64,000 nt of DNA from Microthyrium microscopicum (lineage: Eukaryota), in NCBI GenBank assembly GCA_010405405.1, contig MU004234.1, forward strand, positions 2,639,697 to 2,703,696, given 5' to 3'. A program made the translations under genes and the position numbers. The notes beneath the pieces were generated by a model. That model was not told where the DNA came from and ran no database searches. It saw only the letters and a program-made list of their open reading frames with translations. This document shows, piece by piece, positions 1 to 13,127 of this stretch (position 1 is its first letter; every line of letters begins with the position of its first letter).

Positions 1-240
1 TCGGTACGTGGTCAAAGCTTTCGGGCCGAGTGCAGCTTCACACTACCGCCGCTGCAACCTCATGCCTCTTTCCTTCCGAACGTCTGAATGTTCGCTGAAT
101 CTCTGAGATCGCGCCTGTCATAAATTCCCATCCACGAGAATATCCTCACCGAATCATCTCCTCCACCTAGCGCTGTTCGCCGTGCTCGTTGGATTCCTCT
201 TCTCACAACACCATCCTGTGGGAAACTCTCCACCGCCAAA

Positions 241-1191
241 ATGCCGGACGTAAGTTCGCGACGCGACATGACCCCATATTTAGGAACTTCCAGCTAATTT
301 CCCCCAAAGATCAAAGTCAAGGTCAAGATCGTGACCAACCAGTCCATCAAGTACATGCCATCCCCTTCTCATGCGCACGAATCACATACTTACATCCTTG
401 CAGTCCCGATGCAGACTCCACAGCCGAATTCCCTATGCGCAATTGGAATATTGAAGTGCATCCGATCGATGACAAGAAGGAGACTATTAGTAGTCAGCTA
501 TTCGAGAAGGTGACCTTCGATCTCCACCCGTCGTTCGAGAAGCGCGCCAAGCAAGGTACATACACTGCCTTGACGTTGAACTAAATGGTGGTGGCTAATA
601 CATTGTGTATAGTGAAGAAGGAATTCCCATATCGTATAGAAGAAGAAGGATGGGGTGAATTCGAAATGCTCGTGACGTTCACACCACTCGGCAAAAGTCC
701 TGATATTTCGATCCCACATGATCTCAACTTCGCAAAGAATCACTACGAAGTGGAGAAGGAGCTCGTAGGTACCCTGGGAGGAGACGATGGCAAATAAATA
801 CTGACAATGTGGAAAGGTATTCAAGAATCCAAAGGCAGATTTCTTGCGCGCACTTGAGGAGGCTGGTGTGGGCAAGAAAGGCGATGCTAAGAAGCGTAGT
901 CGCAAGGAGAAGACTGTAGGTTCTCCCCAGACTTGTTACAGTATTCTTTAGCAAAAGTGCCTCTAACCATACTATTTGCAGGTTGATCTCGAGAAGCTGG
1001 CCGACCTTATGATGAAGCTTGGAGAAGATGATCTTCTACACGTCATCCAACTCATCCACGACAAGAAAGAATCGACAACCTATACGAAAAACAGCCCAGA
1101 CCAGGGCGAATATGAAGTCGATCTCTACACACTCCCAGATGGACTCGTCAAGGAGCTGTGGGAATTCGTGCTGGAAAAGGCCAAATCATGA
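241..1191 (+). CDS. TAF14: YEATS-domain transcription/chromatin factor Taf14 (YEATS plus C-terminal ET domain), ~220 aa, 6 exons
   Basis: Exons 241-249, 310-350, 404-555, 613-764, 817-915 and 982-1191 join via GT..AG introns into 663 nt in frame. YEATS motifs FPMRNWNI, KVTFDLHPSF, PYRIEEEGWGEF; ET domain VDLEKLAD...YEVDLYTLPDGLVKELWEF. Confidence 0.92.
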
Positions 1192-2930
1192 TCTTTACAT
1201 GTACATCAGAAACACGAATTGACAGCTAAGTTCCAGTCTTGGGAATGCGTTTGGCGCAGGTTTGGACTTGTTCAATGACTGGACAGCTAGGGCCATTCCT
1301 TCGAACGGGTACAAATATAGAACGCCTTGTCTTGGATGGACCCAGGAAGATGATCTTGTTGTCGCTGTTGCAGTGACGATCTAATGTATTGAATACAGTT
1401 CTTAGGAATGAAAACTAATGATTTTCATGACAATGTTTGATACATATATGACTGCAAAGTCATCTCTTAAGAATGGTGGAGTACTGTAGGCAACAACTGG
1501 AAGCTCGATTTTGTTAGACTTCATTGCCATGATCGTAGGACATTCTAGTGCTGGAGTTTTGAATTCTGCCAGCTCTTGGAGACGTATTGATTTGCATAGA
1601 AATTCCGAAGTTTCCTGATCATTAAATGTCTGAAAATTGATCTTTCCATTCGTCGACTTGCGCTACCTGGCATTACCAATCGAAGGGAAGCAGAATGGTA
1701 TTCTAAAAGCGCTATATTCCAATTCCCGTCAAGGACAACACCAGGCATATTTAGTCACTTTGCTGGTTCGATTATACCAGCTATTTTCAAACGTATTTGC
1801 GATTGCTCTGAGTGCACATATATAAGTCTCTTCCATATACAGTTTTCACAACCGTCAATTATGCAACAGACTTGACTCTGTACCTACTTGACAGACTCGG
1901 TATATGTTGCCCTGCCGTTGTGGCGAAGAGACTGCAAATAGAATGCTTGGATCACATCATCCAAGAACTGACAGACCAGGCGAGTGGCGAATGAAAGGGA
2001 AGATTTGTTGGGTGAATACCGTGAACGGTGGGTTGGCAGGGCTTCGAATATATTACTTTGACATCAGCAGCGATTTTCTGACCACACTGAATTGCAGATG
2101 ATGAACCAAAATTGGTTCTGAGGGCTCAGCTCCCTGCTAGCGATAAAATGGTGATTACATGATTAGATCGGGAGAGCAGAAAGCACTATCTCATGGGGGT
2201 AAAGAGACCTGGTACATGTATTTCTTCTTGGTGTGACAATGATTCAGGAGGCTGTATGGTGGTTGAATGGGCATTTTCATGACGTTAGAAAGGCAGGCGC
2301 GAGAACAGGCCACGCCAAAGATGCTAGTCGTTCTTGCAGTTCTGGACTTGGCCAGTAAGTAGCATTGGGCTAGCTTAGTCTCCTAGCTGGAAAATAAGCC
2401 TGGGAACTTGCAGGTTGCAGGGATCATGGCCGTCAAGCAGCGAACCACAAGCTAGGATCAAAGCCCAAAGCAGGTGCATTTCACCTCCATCTCCAAACTT
2501 GGCAGGCACGACCCACCTGAATAAGATCCGATCGACTCCGCTGAGCGCTCCTGCCATTCATCTGTCCAGTGTCCACCCTCGCGGTATTCTTCAAGACTAT
2601 TCAACACCAACACTATTTCCAGCTTCCAACCTCTGCTATATGCTCCGCGTGCGCTCGTTCATCTATTGCTATTACACGTCGCCAGCATCTGATCGCTTAT
2701 GCTGTTCATGACTCGCTTCTGTAGCAATGCCGCCCGCTAACATAACCAACCCCCTCGCCATGTCCGGACCATAATATCTCACTGGACAATTACTTTCGTT
2801 GTGGTACTGCTGCTGCAAACACAACTTCAGTGGTGCGCGTAACACACCCCTCGCCACACGACTAGTCATTATCAAAAAGTAGTCACATCATATACCTCGT
2901 GGACCCCACCAACATCGACGCTCTGCGACC

Positions 2931-4584
2931 ATGTTTTTCAGCAGTAATCCCAATGTCTTCAAAACACCTAATAAGTGCATCTTGGACAATGGAACGTCTA
3001 TCTACTACCAATCTGAGGCTCTTGACTGTAGCTGTCTGGCGCCCATCAGAGCCGATCCGGACTTTGCTGGCGCTGCCGTCATAACCTCATTCCTCTTCAT
3101 TGGCTGGCTTACCATCGCTGTGGCTGCTGTACCAACAGGACGTTCACTATGGATAACCTGGCTACGGACAACTGGTCCTTGGAGGCTATGGAAGTGGCTG
3201 GTAGAAATTGTCCAGTTCGAACCCAACGATCCATGGCAGCGTAGGACCAGTATCATTGGCTTTCCGGCGCGAGCAGGCAAGAGTGATGAAATCAGGAGAA
3301 TCGACCATCATCGAGACTCTAGCATAACCAATGTCAACGACTCCGAGAGCAGTGATTCTGGCAGCGAGTCTAAGCAACCGCTGCCTTCATCACGGCGGTA
3401 CATCAACCTGGATCCTGAGCCAGCATATTGTACATTTTCTCGTCGAATTGTGCTACAGCTGTGCGACCTGCAGATCATCATGGGAATCGCAACCCTTGTA
3501 AGTATTTCTCTACCTATGAGCGTCTCAGTGGATTGGTAAACAGCTTAACTGACACATACAGGTATCTGCGCTTGCTCAGTACGATAGACTAACCTTTTAC
3601 CATGCCCAATTCGCTGAACAATTCTGGTGGGTAACACTGGACTCTTTCTGGATCAGCCGCATCGACTACAGCCAAAACACACCCGAAATGAATACCTGGC
3701 GCGCTCACCTAAGGCGAACAGCCATCTGGGTCAGCGTCGCCCTCTCAGTCGTCGTCCAATCAATCGTGACATATCGCGAACATTCCCTATGGGATGCCAC
3801 AATACCCGGGCGCTGCTACCAAGCAGATGGCCCAGGCACAGGTTTTGGTCAAAACCTCTTCTGGCTCGCTGGTACCGCCATCTACTTCGTGGTCATGACA
3901 TTCAGCATGACGCGGAAATCTCGCGCGTGGTTCGATAGCAACATCAATGCGAAAATCGAACCATCTATCCAGACTATGTATCGCTGGGTTGTCGAAAGCA
4001 AATCCAAAACAACCACCTACAAACTCTCCTCCGCCGGTACCTCACCGCTAAAACGCTACCCCACCCTCTTATTTCTCTACGCAAAAGTCGCATCCTACAG
4101 CCTCGCATACGCAACCTGGTGGATTTTCGTGCTCTTCATATCAATCTGGTGCGCCGGCAACTCCGCCGCCGCAGTCGAACTCGTCGTTTACAGCATCTTC
4201 GCTGGCTTCCTCACCTGGTGGATCCTATTCCTGAAAATCCAGAACCGTCCTCTCATCCGCGGAGACGAAGATCGCATGACATATGCGCAAACTCTCTCCC
4301 TATTTCTATTCATCCTCTGCGCCTTCCAAGCGCTCGACGTATGGGTCGGCGTCAAGCGTGATGAACGACGCGCCCTCAGACATGGGAAGCGGCCAGTTGA
4401 TGAAGAACACACAGTAGCGCCTGAGTTGGCCGTGGACTTTGCGAGTCCAGAGGTACGCGATCGAATGGATGGAACTATGCCAGATAATACACTGTCCCCG
4501 CGCACAGTATCGCCGACTAATGCGGTTCCGGGAGGTGAGCGCGATCTGCAAGAGGGGGGAGACAGCATCAAGGATAGGTCGTAG
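2931..4584 (+). CDS. Uncharacterised multi-pass membrane protein (fungal ADPD.AG.GV type), ~529 aa; true 5' end uncertain
   Basis: ORF 2931-3497 joins 3562-4584 through intron 3498-3561 (GTAAGT...CTGAC...TACAG). Motifs ADPDFAGAAVITSF and LCDLQIIMGIATL, with several hydrophobic helices. Confidence 0.75.
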
Positions 4585-5311
4585 GATGATTTGAAACGGT
4601 TGATTTTGTCGAGCGACTTTTCTGCATGGCCGGAGTTGTTTTCTTGACGCATAAAATAATGGCTTTGATACCCCGTTAGAATCACCTAGAGCGAAGTAGA
4701 TAAAATACATATTGTTAATCTTATGCTTATAATCATTCGAATTATGCAGAACCAACATGTAAGTATTCTTGTTTTTCTGAGCATATGTGAAGCTCAAAGC
4801 GCCTCCTATTAAATTAATGCTAACAAAAATGTCTATGTATTGCCAATTGTGCCAATAGATTGGCTGGCTGATGCTAAGGGTAGTCGCAAATGTAAACGGC
4901 AAGGTTTTCTAAAATCCATTGCATTCTCCCAAGTACTCCGAGACGCTATGCAGTAGAAAAGGAATTGGAAGATATAGACACTGAAAAGTCAAAAGGGTGG
5001 AGGAAGTCCCGATCGCCAAACTGTTGTGGTGGAGTATGCAAAGAAATTGGATGCTTCGGGCGGAAGGAGAGTTGAGGGAAGATTTGGGCTGTCTCTCTGG
5101 TAGCTGCAGTACGTTGGGGATTGGACTGGTAGAGATCTAAACGATTGTCTTGTTGGGAGGCGTAGAGGTTGGGAGCCTCTGAGTCCTGGATGAATGTGAA
5201 AGGGAGTGGTTCCTCTTCAGGCGGACTAGGGATGGAAGAGAACATTGCGATCTCCTTGAAGCACTGCAGCGGTTGTTGCTGAGAAGCCTCATACGGTACA
5301 ACTCGGAGGTT

Positions 5312-7330
5312 CTATCCCCGAGAAACGGTATGTTGCATCGACAACGGCCACTGATGCGGTTGATTGGAATTCGGCCATGCATCGCGGTGCATATATGGCA
5401 CATGGCCCATATGTCGCTCGTTTAGTGGCTGGCCAAGAGAATGGTACTGCAAGTGGTCCAAGCCTGCTAATCGAGGGGCATTATAGATGGAAGTTGGCGC
5501 TCGCGGTGGCACCAACAAGGTCTTGACTTGGCGAACTGGACGATATGGGGATTGTCGCGCGCCCAAGTAGAAAGATGGCGAAGAAGAGTGATGTGGGTTT
5601 GCGCTCACTGGGGATGAGGTACCCGAAATTGGATATGGGCTAAGCTGTCGATTGGGATCCATAGCAACCATGGCCGAGTTCGGCATGCATGTGGTCTGCA
5701 TAGATGGAATCATAGAAGATCCGGACTGCGAAACTGGCATGTGCTGTGTTTGAATTGGTGGGTAAACTAGCGACATGGCACGGGAATTTGGTAATGGCAA
5801 TCCTGCGATGTTGCTCTGGTTTGGAATTGTGGACGGTATTGTCAAGCTTGGTAGTGTCAGTCTATTCGCGGTGGAGTTTGATGTTAGTGGTGGAAGGCTC
5901 GCGGCGGATTGATGAGATGACAGTGGACTTGGATAGTCAATGTGTTGCCGTTTCGCTGGATGTTCTGACATAGTATCATCGTAATACCGCTTTCTACTTG
6001 GAGTAGCAAAGCTCAGTTCTGGTAGTGAGCCAATTGGTGAAATCGCTGAAGATGATAGTTGAGGTAGAAGGACCGGAGTATGAGTCTGAGAAAATCCGGC
6101 GCCCATAAATCCCATACCGTTCGAACCGTACACATCCATGGAGCCTCCTCGTACTGGAGACGGACCAGGGGCCAAATAGGAAAGTCTTATGGCAGCTTCC
6201 TGCTGCTTGATGAAAGAGTTGATTGCAGTTCCAAACCGGCCGAGTTTGGCATGCCATTCCAACCACATGCCTTCGCTGGTGAAAAGGCTGAATTTCATAT
6301 TGCTCAGAAACTCCACTTCCATGGTATGTACTTCGTTGACTGGAATTCCAGAAACCTCAGCCCAAGTTTTGTTGGTGTATGTGTTGTCATCAAGAACTAA
6401 AACAAGTCAGAATAGAACTCGAGAATGGAAGATATTCATCCCGTACATTTGTTACCTAACATCAGTGCAACTGTGACCAAACGAAACTCGCTACCGCGGT
6501 TACCTACGACACCAGGATTGATCTTTTTGAGCCGGTAGATGAAAAGGAGGGCCAAAATGATCACGTTCTTGGCCACCTGAGTCGTGTTAAGCAATCCGGT
6601 TAACCACTTTCGAAAATCATCTGCTGGTATGGTTTTGGAAGACAACGAAACTGGCGAAGTAATCTTCGGATTCGAATTCTCGATATGGTCTAGTGTCGAG
6701 CCCCGATCGAACCAGAATAGACAAGCAACCTGTCATCAGGTTAGCAAACGTTTCATGAAGATTATATTTAAAGCTTACTTCTGCCGCTACTTCTGATAGA
6801 TCTTTCTGAGGTAGCTCAATGGTCTTGGGAATACTCAAAGTTGAGCTAGACTTGGTCGATCGAGTTGGTGATGGTTGTGAGTCCGTATCAGCTTGAGTCG
6901 TATGCGTTTTTTGAGAATCTACACTTTGGTGGCGGATTTGATGTGAGCTGGACTGATTTGAGTATGCCGAGTAGTAAGACGGATCGGTTGAGCCAGCATA
7001 TCCAGTATAAGTGGCATTATATCTTGAACCAAGCGCAGGCAAAGGCGCCAGGCCAGCTGACGAATGTGAGCTGTGGTTAAATTCAGCTCCTTCGAATCCA
7101 AAATTGCTCCTCATATCTCCAGGCAGCGCCAGAGGCGCCGTTCTTGATGGTATCGGCAACATTGGAGCTGGAGACGTGTAACTCGACAATCTAGGCCACG
7201 ACTCTGGCAATTGACTCCTGTCAACTTTTCCTAGCTTCTCTTGCAGCGGCCAGGACTGCTCCAGAGATGTATGGGCTGAAGTGGTGGCATGGGGCATCTC
7301 AAACTGGGAGGTATGTGCAACACCCAACAT
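5312..7330 (-). CDS. Pho85-type cyclin (Clg1/Pcl-like), ~639 aa, 3 exons
   Basis: Exons 7330-6779, 6729-6447 and 6396-5312 total 1920 nt in frame. Cyclin box FRKWLTGLLNTTQVAKNVIILALLFIYRLK...SEFRLVTVALMLGNKFLDDNTYTNKTWAEVSGIPVNEVHTMEVEFL, with S/P-rich tails. Confidence 0.9.
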
Positions 7331-10300
7331 GAAGTGAATGTTGAATGGTTCGAGATGAATAACAATCTCAAGAATAGCGACTGAAGCTTCAATCTAACCA
7401 ATCTATTAGGATATGGCCTGGGCAGTAGTGGTAACGTGAGTATCGTGATATTGGCCGGATGCAGCAGGACCAGGGAGTGTAGCTTCCTTGCTGTCCGGAT
7501 GGGGAAGGTACCGGGGGCTGTTGGAGGAATCGAGAAGGAACGGTGTTTAGTACTGTAGTATGCGGGGAATGGAAGGTGAGATTTTGGTGCAGTGGCCAGA
7601 TCAAGCCAGACTGCTTGAGGGTAATTATTATATACGGTAGCGCTGGTGTTTATCCATTGACCTGGTATGCAAATAAGTTTAGGTCCATTTAAAAAGTGAG
7701 GGCCTACATGGCCAACCGTGGTTTGTATTTGATGCTGCGTACCTTTGTTCCACCGTGAAAACCTTCCAAGATCCAACTAGAAAATGTACACGGCAATTGG
7801 ATATCCTTGGAAAGGATGGTAACTGCACTCGGTGTGCAACCCAGAGTCACCGTGCCAGAACGCGCGATATGGCACCAGCAAGCAAGGAGCTTTGTTGAGC
7901 GGTATGTACAGCAGCAACGGTATGGGACTACGATGACAACAAGGCTCAGGTGCTAGTCCACATCAATCTTGAATAAGGGTAGCCACTACCAGATATTGAT
8001 AAATGTTTGCGTGGAGGGGAATGCAAAAGTGAAGTAGCGGCCCACAGATACTAGTAATGTATTCTCTGAGGTCACTGAGGACATATCAGGGTGAGGAGAG
8101 GCAAGGCGGGTGACGGAAGGTGGCATGGTGGTCAGAGGACACCAGGCTCTTTCGATAAAACATGATTTCAAGGAGTTGCATCGGCATCCGCGTCTACCAT
8201 CAGACGAAGGACCGCAACTGCACAGACGGCCTGGCGGGCGGCAGCGGAAAGCCTGGAAAGCCTGGGGGAGGGGGGAACGGGCACGAGAGTCTGAGAAATG
8301 CCAGATGCCAGACAACGCAAGGATCAGAAAATGGCAGCAATGATGGATCAGAACGAAGCAGAGTGGGAGCTGATGAAAAATCTCGGGCTTGGGCTGCTTG
8401 GGGGCAGGACCGCAGCAAAAACTGCCACGGCCCACGGCAAATCCGCTCAAAGAGTCAAGGGCCCCAACAGATTGAGCGACACGGCGGCGTCAGGGCGTGG
8501 AGCAAAAGGCAAAGGGCCAGACATGCAAAAGCCAACGAGAAGCCAACGAGAGGCTGAAGGCTGAAAACGAAGACCAACTTGTGAGAAGCTAAAGATGATC
8601 AGAAGCACGGGAGCCGACCTTGAATCACTGCGAGGCTGCCACTTGCGCTTCTGTGGAATCTCTGACGAATCACCAACTGCTCCGGCAATTGTCCACATCA
8701 TGTCCACATCATCCTGGGGGCTTTACAGTTTACAGTTTTACAATTTGCACAGTCAAGCAATCTGAGCTGTGAGCAGTGAACACTCAGCAAGCACAACAAG
8801 GCTGGCGACAGGCTCATTCCTCACCAATGTCACCGACGCGCCCAGCTGTGCAGATCAAGGTTTAGGTAGCGGAGCCAATGGTGGCACCAGAATGAAATGA
8901 TAGTCTTTGGTGACCCAGCAGAGTTTAACTTAGAGTACGTTGACCCACACTGCTGAGGTTTGATACAGGCATTTTAGGAAGCAGTAACAGGCCCATAGGC
9001 CCGTCGGCGTTACAGAGACCGCCGTGACTCTTGGGAACAAGAGTGCAGACACTACGACGCAGCGGGTGAGCAGTAGGCAGCCAAGGATATGGCAAAGAAG
9101 AAGAAACAAGCACAGGCCCTGGTATGTCGGGTACATCTGATCCATAATCCATTATTGAAGAGAATTAATGGGGACCACGAGCTGCGGCAAGGCTACGGCA
9201 TTGCTGAAGGCTGCAAAGCCTGCGATATGATGTGGAATAACAGGAATGATATGATGAACGGAAGGGATATGATTTTGGCAAAATATGCAGCTATTATGCC
9301 GTCTACGAATGGGTAAGATTGACTGGTTGAATGGCTCGTCTGGAGCAGACCCAAGCAGGCCTGCCTGCAAAGCCGAAAATGAAGAGGAATCCAGCCCCAT
9401 CCGCGATTGCAGCGTAGTGCAGCGATTACAACGATATACAACGATTGCCGGGCGGTGGTTAATGTTGTTGTACGACAAATCCTGGTTCGTTATGTGTGAG
9501 AACTTACAGTACTCTACCTGTTAGTAGTAGATGTGTCCAACAGATGATGAGGAAGCCATCGGAGACGTCTGGTACAGGGTTGACCATCGCTTGCCAATTA
9601 TGGTTGCTTGCCCAATGCGGCCTAGAAGGCTAGGAAATGGCAAAATGCACAACGGGCGACTGATTATTGGAGAAACACTCCCACAGCACCCTTCTTTTCA
9701 TCGGAAACTTCCACACCACTGTACTGTCTTGCAGTTTCAACTCTTTTTTCATTGTACACCGCTGGCAGCCTTGCCTTGCGGATGGTTACGAACGACTAGC
9801 GTGGCTTTGCCGTGCAATATCTGACCGATAGCTCTCTCACAAACTCACAAGCTCACAAGCTTGCAATAGTCGAAGCGCAGCTGGGGCAAACACCTGGAAG
9901 CCGAGACTACAAATCGACATTACATGAAGAATATACTCTATGATACGATGGGGCTGGGGAAGCTTTAAATTCGGCTTTAGTGGTCACACCTGCGTTGGCT
10001 TGCTTCCCTTGGCTCCAACATTACCGTCGTCAGCCTTCTGAACCAACTCCACCCATTTTGCACTTTGATCCTCCACACGGAAACGTGAAAATAGGGAAAA
10101 GTGTCGACCGTAAGCTATTGCCCTTTTGACCAATCAAACATACGTTTGAGCAAAGCAACCTTAATAAATGCGTCCCAGCCGAGCCTTGTAGCTTACTCCG
10201 GACGTTAGGCCATTTGCCCCTATCCCCCAGCCTGCGAGCCCAGCACATCAAATCAGCACTTGACACCACTTTGAGCGATGAGTAGCGTTACGACATGTAA

Positions 10301-10409
10301 TGCGATAATCATCTCGCGGTTCCAAGGGATTTGCGGCTGCGGTTTGAACCGTTTGATCCATATTTTCTCGAAATAACAGTCATTCGGTCTCGCTCAAACC
10401 CCAATAATA

Positions 10410-10653
10410 CCGTGTTTGTACGTCGAATCCCCCCCCCAGGCTAGTGACTCAGCAAGGGGGCAAATGGGGCTGTTCAGACTTTCGGAAACGGAAAAACATA
10501 GGCAAAAGGGACATCTGGCTCATGAATTGCCCATGAACAGGATCCACATTTGTACGGATGAGGCGTACTTTTTGGGGCGGAGCCCATCAAATTTTGCGAC
10601 GCCACCACCGGTTCAGGTTTAGCCTGGGGGGGGGATTCGACGTACAATTACGG
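10410..10653. mobile_element. MITE (non-autonomous Tc1/mariner/pogo-type), 244 bp
   Basis: 34-bp TIRs at 10410-10443 (CCGTGTTTGTACGTCGAAT-C9-AGGCTA) and 10620-10653 (reverse complement, 2 mismatches). TA at 10408-10409 and 10654-10655. No coding capacity. Confidence 0.88.
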
Positions 10654-12353
10654 TATCAAAAACTAACCCCACTGTCTTGTCTTTGGTGGTATCCGCTCTA
10701 TCCCTGTTCAACTCTAGAGTACAGATGATCCAGCTTCGCTTAAGGTAGTACTTGCTTCAATTTCCTGCGCATTTGTCTATCACAACATCGTGAGCCGTGG
10801 CCTAACGCATTTTGTCTATCAACTGGCAAATAAATGCGGCATCGGCTGATGGTCCCACTTCTAATCTAGTGGAGCAAACTAAGCTTGACGGTTACGTATA
10901 CTGTATCGCCGCTTGACGCGGGAAATGATGTCTAAATCTTTGAGTTGGAAGTTGCAACTGCAGTGCATTTGGGCTGGTCGTTCATGGTCGCAGCCATTTT
11001 CTTCTTCTCGTCCGTTTTATCAACTTACCAAGGATCGACTAGCCTTGCCGTCGGGTCGTGCAAAGATTTATACGTTTGCCTATCGAGTGCTTGCCAGTAA
11101 TTGCCTATCTTTTACGATCAACCAGACGCTGCGTTTTGGTGCATGCAACCGACTCTTCGACCGTGAGGGAAGTATTGGATGGCAAGCACTTTGGTCACAT
11201 TTTGAATATGTCCACCCTTGCTGGCCTCCCTTGAGCTTACCAGCCGTTGTGCAACGAGAATTATTCTTTCCAACCTTGGAAGTTCTACCAAGATCACGAT
11301 ACATCGGAAAACATGCTACAAGTAGTAACCGCAGCCATAAGATAATGGCAACTACCGAGATGGATGGGATGACAAGATCACGTTGCGCTGTTCAAGCAGA
11401 AAAATGAATCATGCATTCTCTGTTGAACAGACTTGGGTTTCGGTCCGATTGCCGCTTATAGGAAGATCATCCATGATTGGATTCAAAAGCCCGCATGTTG
11501 CATGGCGTTGGAGGTTTCGTGCTTGAGCCTGAGGGAATACGTGGAAATTGACTTGGCCGCAAAGTATATCTTTCAGGGAGAAACATGCCTATTATTACGC
11601 TTCCCGGGCATTTACAAAGCACAGAAGTGTTGCGATCCGCAACAGGACCGCTCACAGAAGCTTCACAACTGAAACATGCACAGATGACGGGAGCTGGAGG
11701 ATTTTGCTGGCGGATTTTGCTGTGTTGTTTCGATTTGCAATACTTACCGAGAGAAAGGATTAAGGATCGTAAGTTTTATATCTTATCCTTGACCCTTGAC
11801 CATTCCACGTCATATAATGGCGAAAAATATAGTCTTGCTCTGTCTGGTGTAATGTTTCCCATCATGTACGATATCTACTACTACATGTACCTACCATGAT
11901 ACCATCCACGACGCCTCTACAAGCAAGTAATAGTTCTCTAAACTCCTACCAGACAGAAACTATATCGAATAATGCGATGGTAATTGAAGCAAATCGCCAT
12001 CATGAGTTGCTGTCAGATGTTGTTATTACGTTGACCGTTGGTCCTGCTATCAAGATGTGCCACTATCAAAACGGAGTCACAACTTCAACTTTGGTACACT
12101 AAACCATTATCTACGAGTCAAAGTCTACAGAACAGCTTAGTTAACCAAATAACGATATATCCTCCATCATATTCTCTTACATTCTCTTTCATCCTCTATC
12201 CTTGATCAACTCTCACCATCTTCAACGCTCCTCGTAATTCATCCTTCAATATAAAGTATAACTGGAGATACAAGATGTCCGTGCGAATATAAATAGGATA
12301 TCGCATCTAAACATGGACATTTCTAAATCCTTGCAGAAGATTCGAAGTTCAGA

Positions 12354-13127
12354 ATGGATTTCAGCTCCTTCAAAGCATTACACTCATCGGCCTACGATGC
12401 GCGTGGTACCCATATAACCGGAGAGCTAGTACGTGATATAGAGAATCTCTATACCGAAGATGCGGAGGAATTCTGGCGTTCGAGCCAATTCTTCGTCAAG
12501 GTATGGCACTGCGATTACAATATCCGCGAAAGATTATCAGCCATTCCAGACGACATGTTCAAGTGCCTTACTAGTTTATGTATTGACCTGGGCTTCCACT
12601 GGGTCCCAGTAGGTGGACTAACTCCTGTATACAATCCCCAGCAGGAAATGCTCCTAAAGGATCTTCTGCGTCGAGGAAATGAAAACCTTGTCATCAAGGT
12701 TCTTTGGTACACGACCTTGTTGCTTCAGGTCGATTCAGGTCGAGCGATCAACACTGGACGACCGAAAATTGGGGAGTTTTACTTTTGTGCCAATAATGGA
12801 GAAGAAATTGACGACTTTAAAGACTGGTATAACTCGTGGAAAGAAGGTCATGTCCAGCTCTTTACGAGGATTTCCTGGAGAGATGGATGGCCAGATTGGC
12901 ATTGGGAATGGGAGTATGAAGAGCAGAAGTATGAGCAGTGGGAGAAGATTTTCGCAACTGATAACGTTTCACCATCTGAAATAGACTTCCGATATGACTT
13001 CATATATAAACGAATTGATATTGAAGACGGATTGTCATGGACCGGAACAGAGGAGCAGACAAGTCAGCCTGATGGTAATCTTTTAGTCACAGTCTGGCAG
13101 GGGATATGGAAAAGTATTTGGGGATAG
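12354..13127 (+). CDS. Hypothetical protein, 257 aa, Trp/acidic-rich, no recognised domain
   Basis: Single 774-nt ATG ORF with globular-looking composition in an otherwise gene-poor stretch. Confidence 0.55.
   Translation: MDFSSFKALHSSAYDARGTHITGELVRDIENLYTEDAEEFWRSSQFFVKVWHCDYNIRERLSAIPDDMFKCLTSLCIDLGFHWVPVGGLTPVYNPQQEMLLKDLLRRGNENLVIKVLWYTTLLLQVDSGRAINTGRPKIGEFYFCANNGEEIDDFKDWYNSWKEGHVQLFTRISWRDGWPDWHWEWEYEEQKYEQWEKIFATDNVSPSEIDFRYDFIYKRIDIEDGLSWTGTEEQTSQPDGNLLVTVWQGIWKSIWG

Noticed and set aside
4188..4902. Minus-strand ORFs of 165 and 198 aa
   Set aside because: Antisense shadows of the membrane-protein gene and its 3' region; no motifs.
7231..7776. 181-aa minus-strand ORF overlapping the cyclin start
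   Set aside because: Non-ATG start, out of frame with the cyclin and crosses a probable leader intron; the cyclin frame itself closes 22 codons upstream, so there is no N-terminal extension.
7986..11899. Many 60-165-aa ORFs in the cyclin upstream region
   Set aside because: Overlapping on both strands with no recognisable motifs or consistent splice structure; treated as non-coding.
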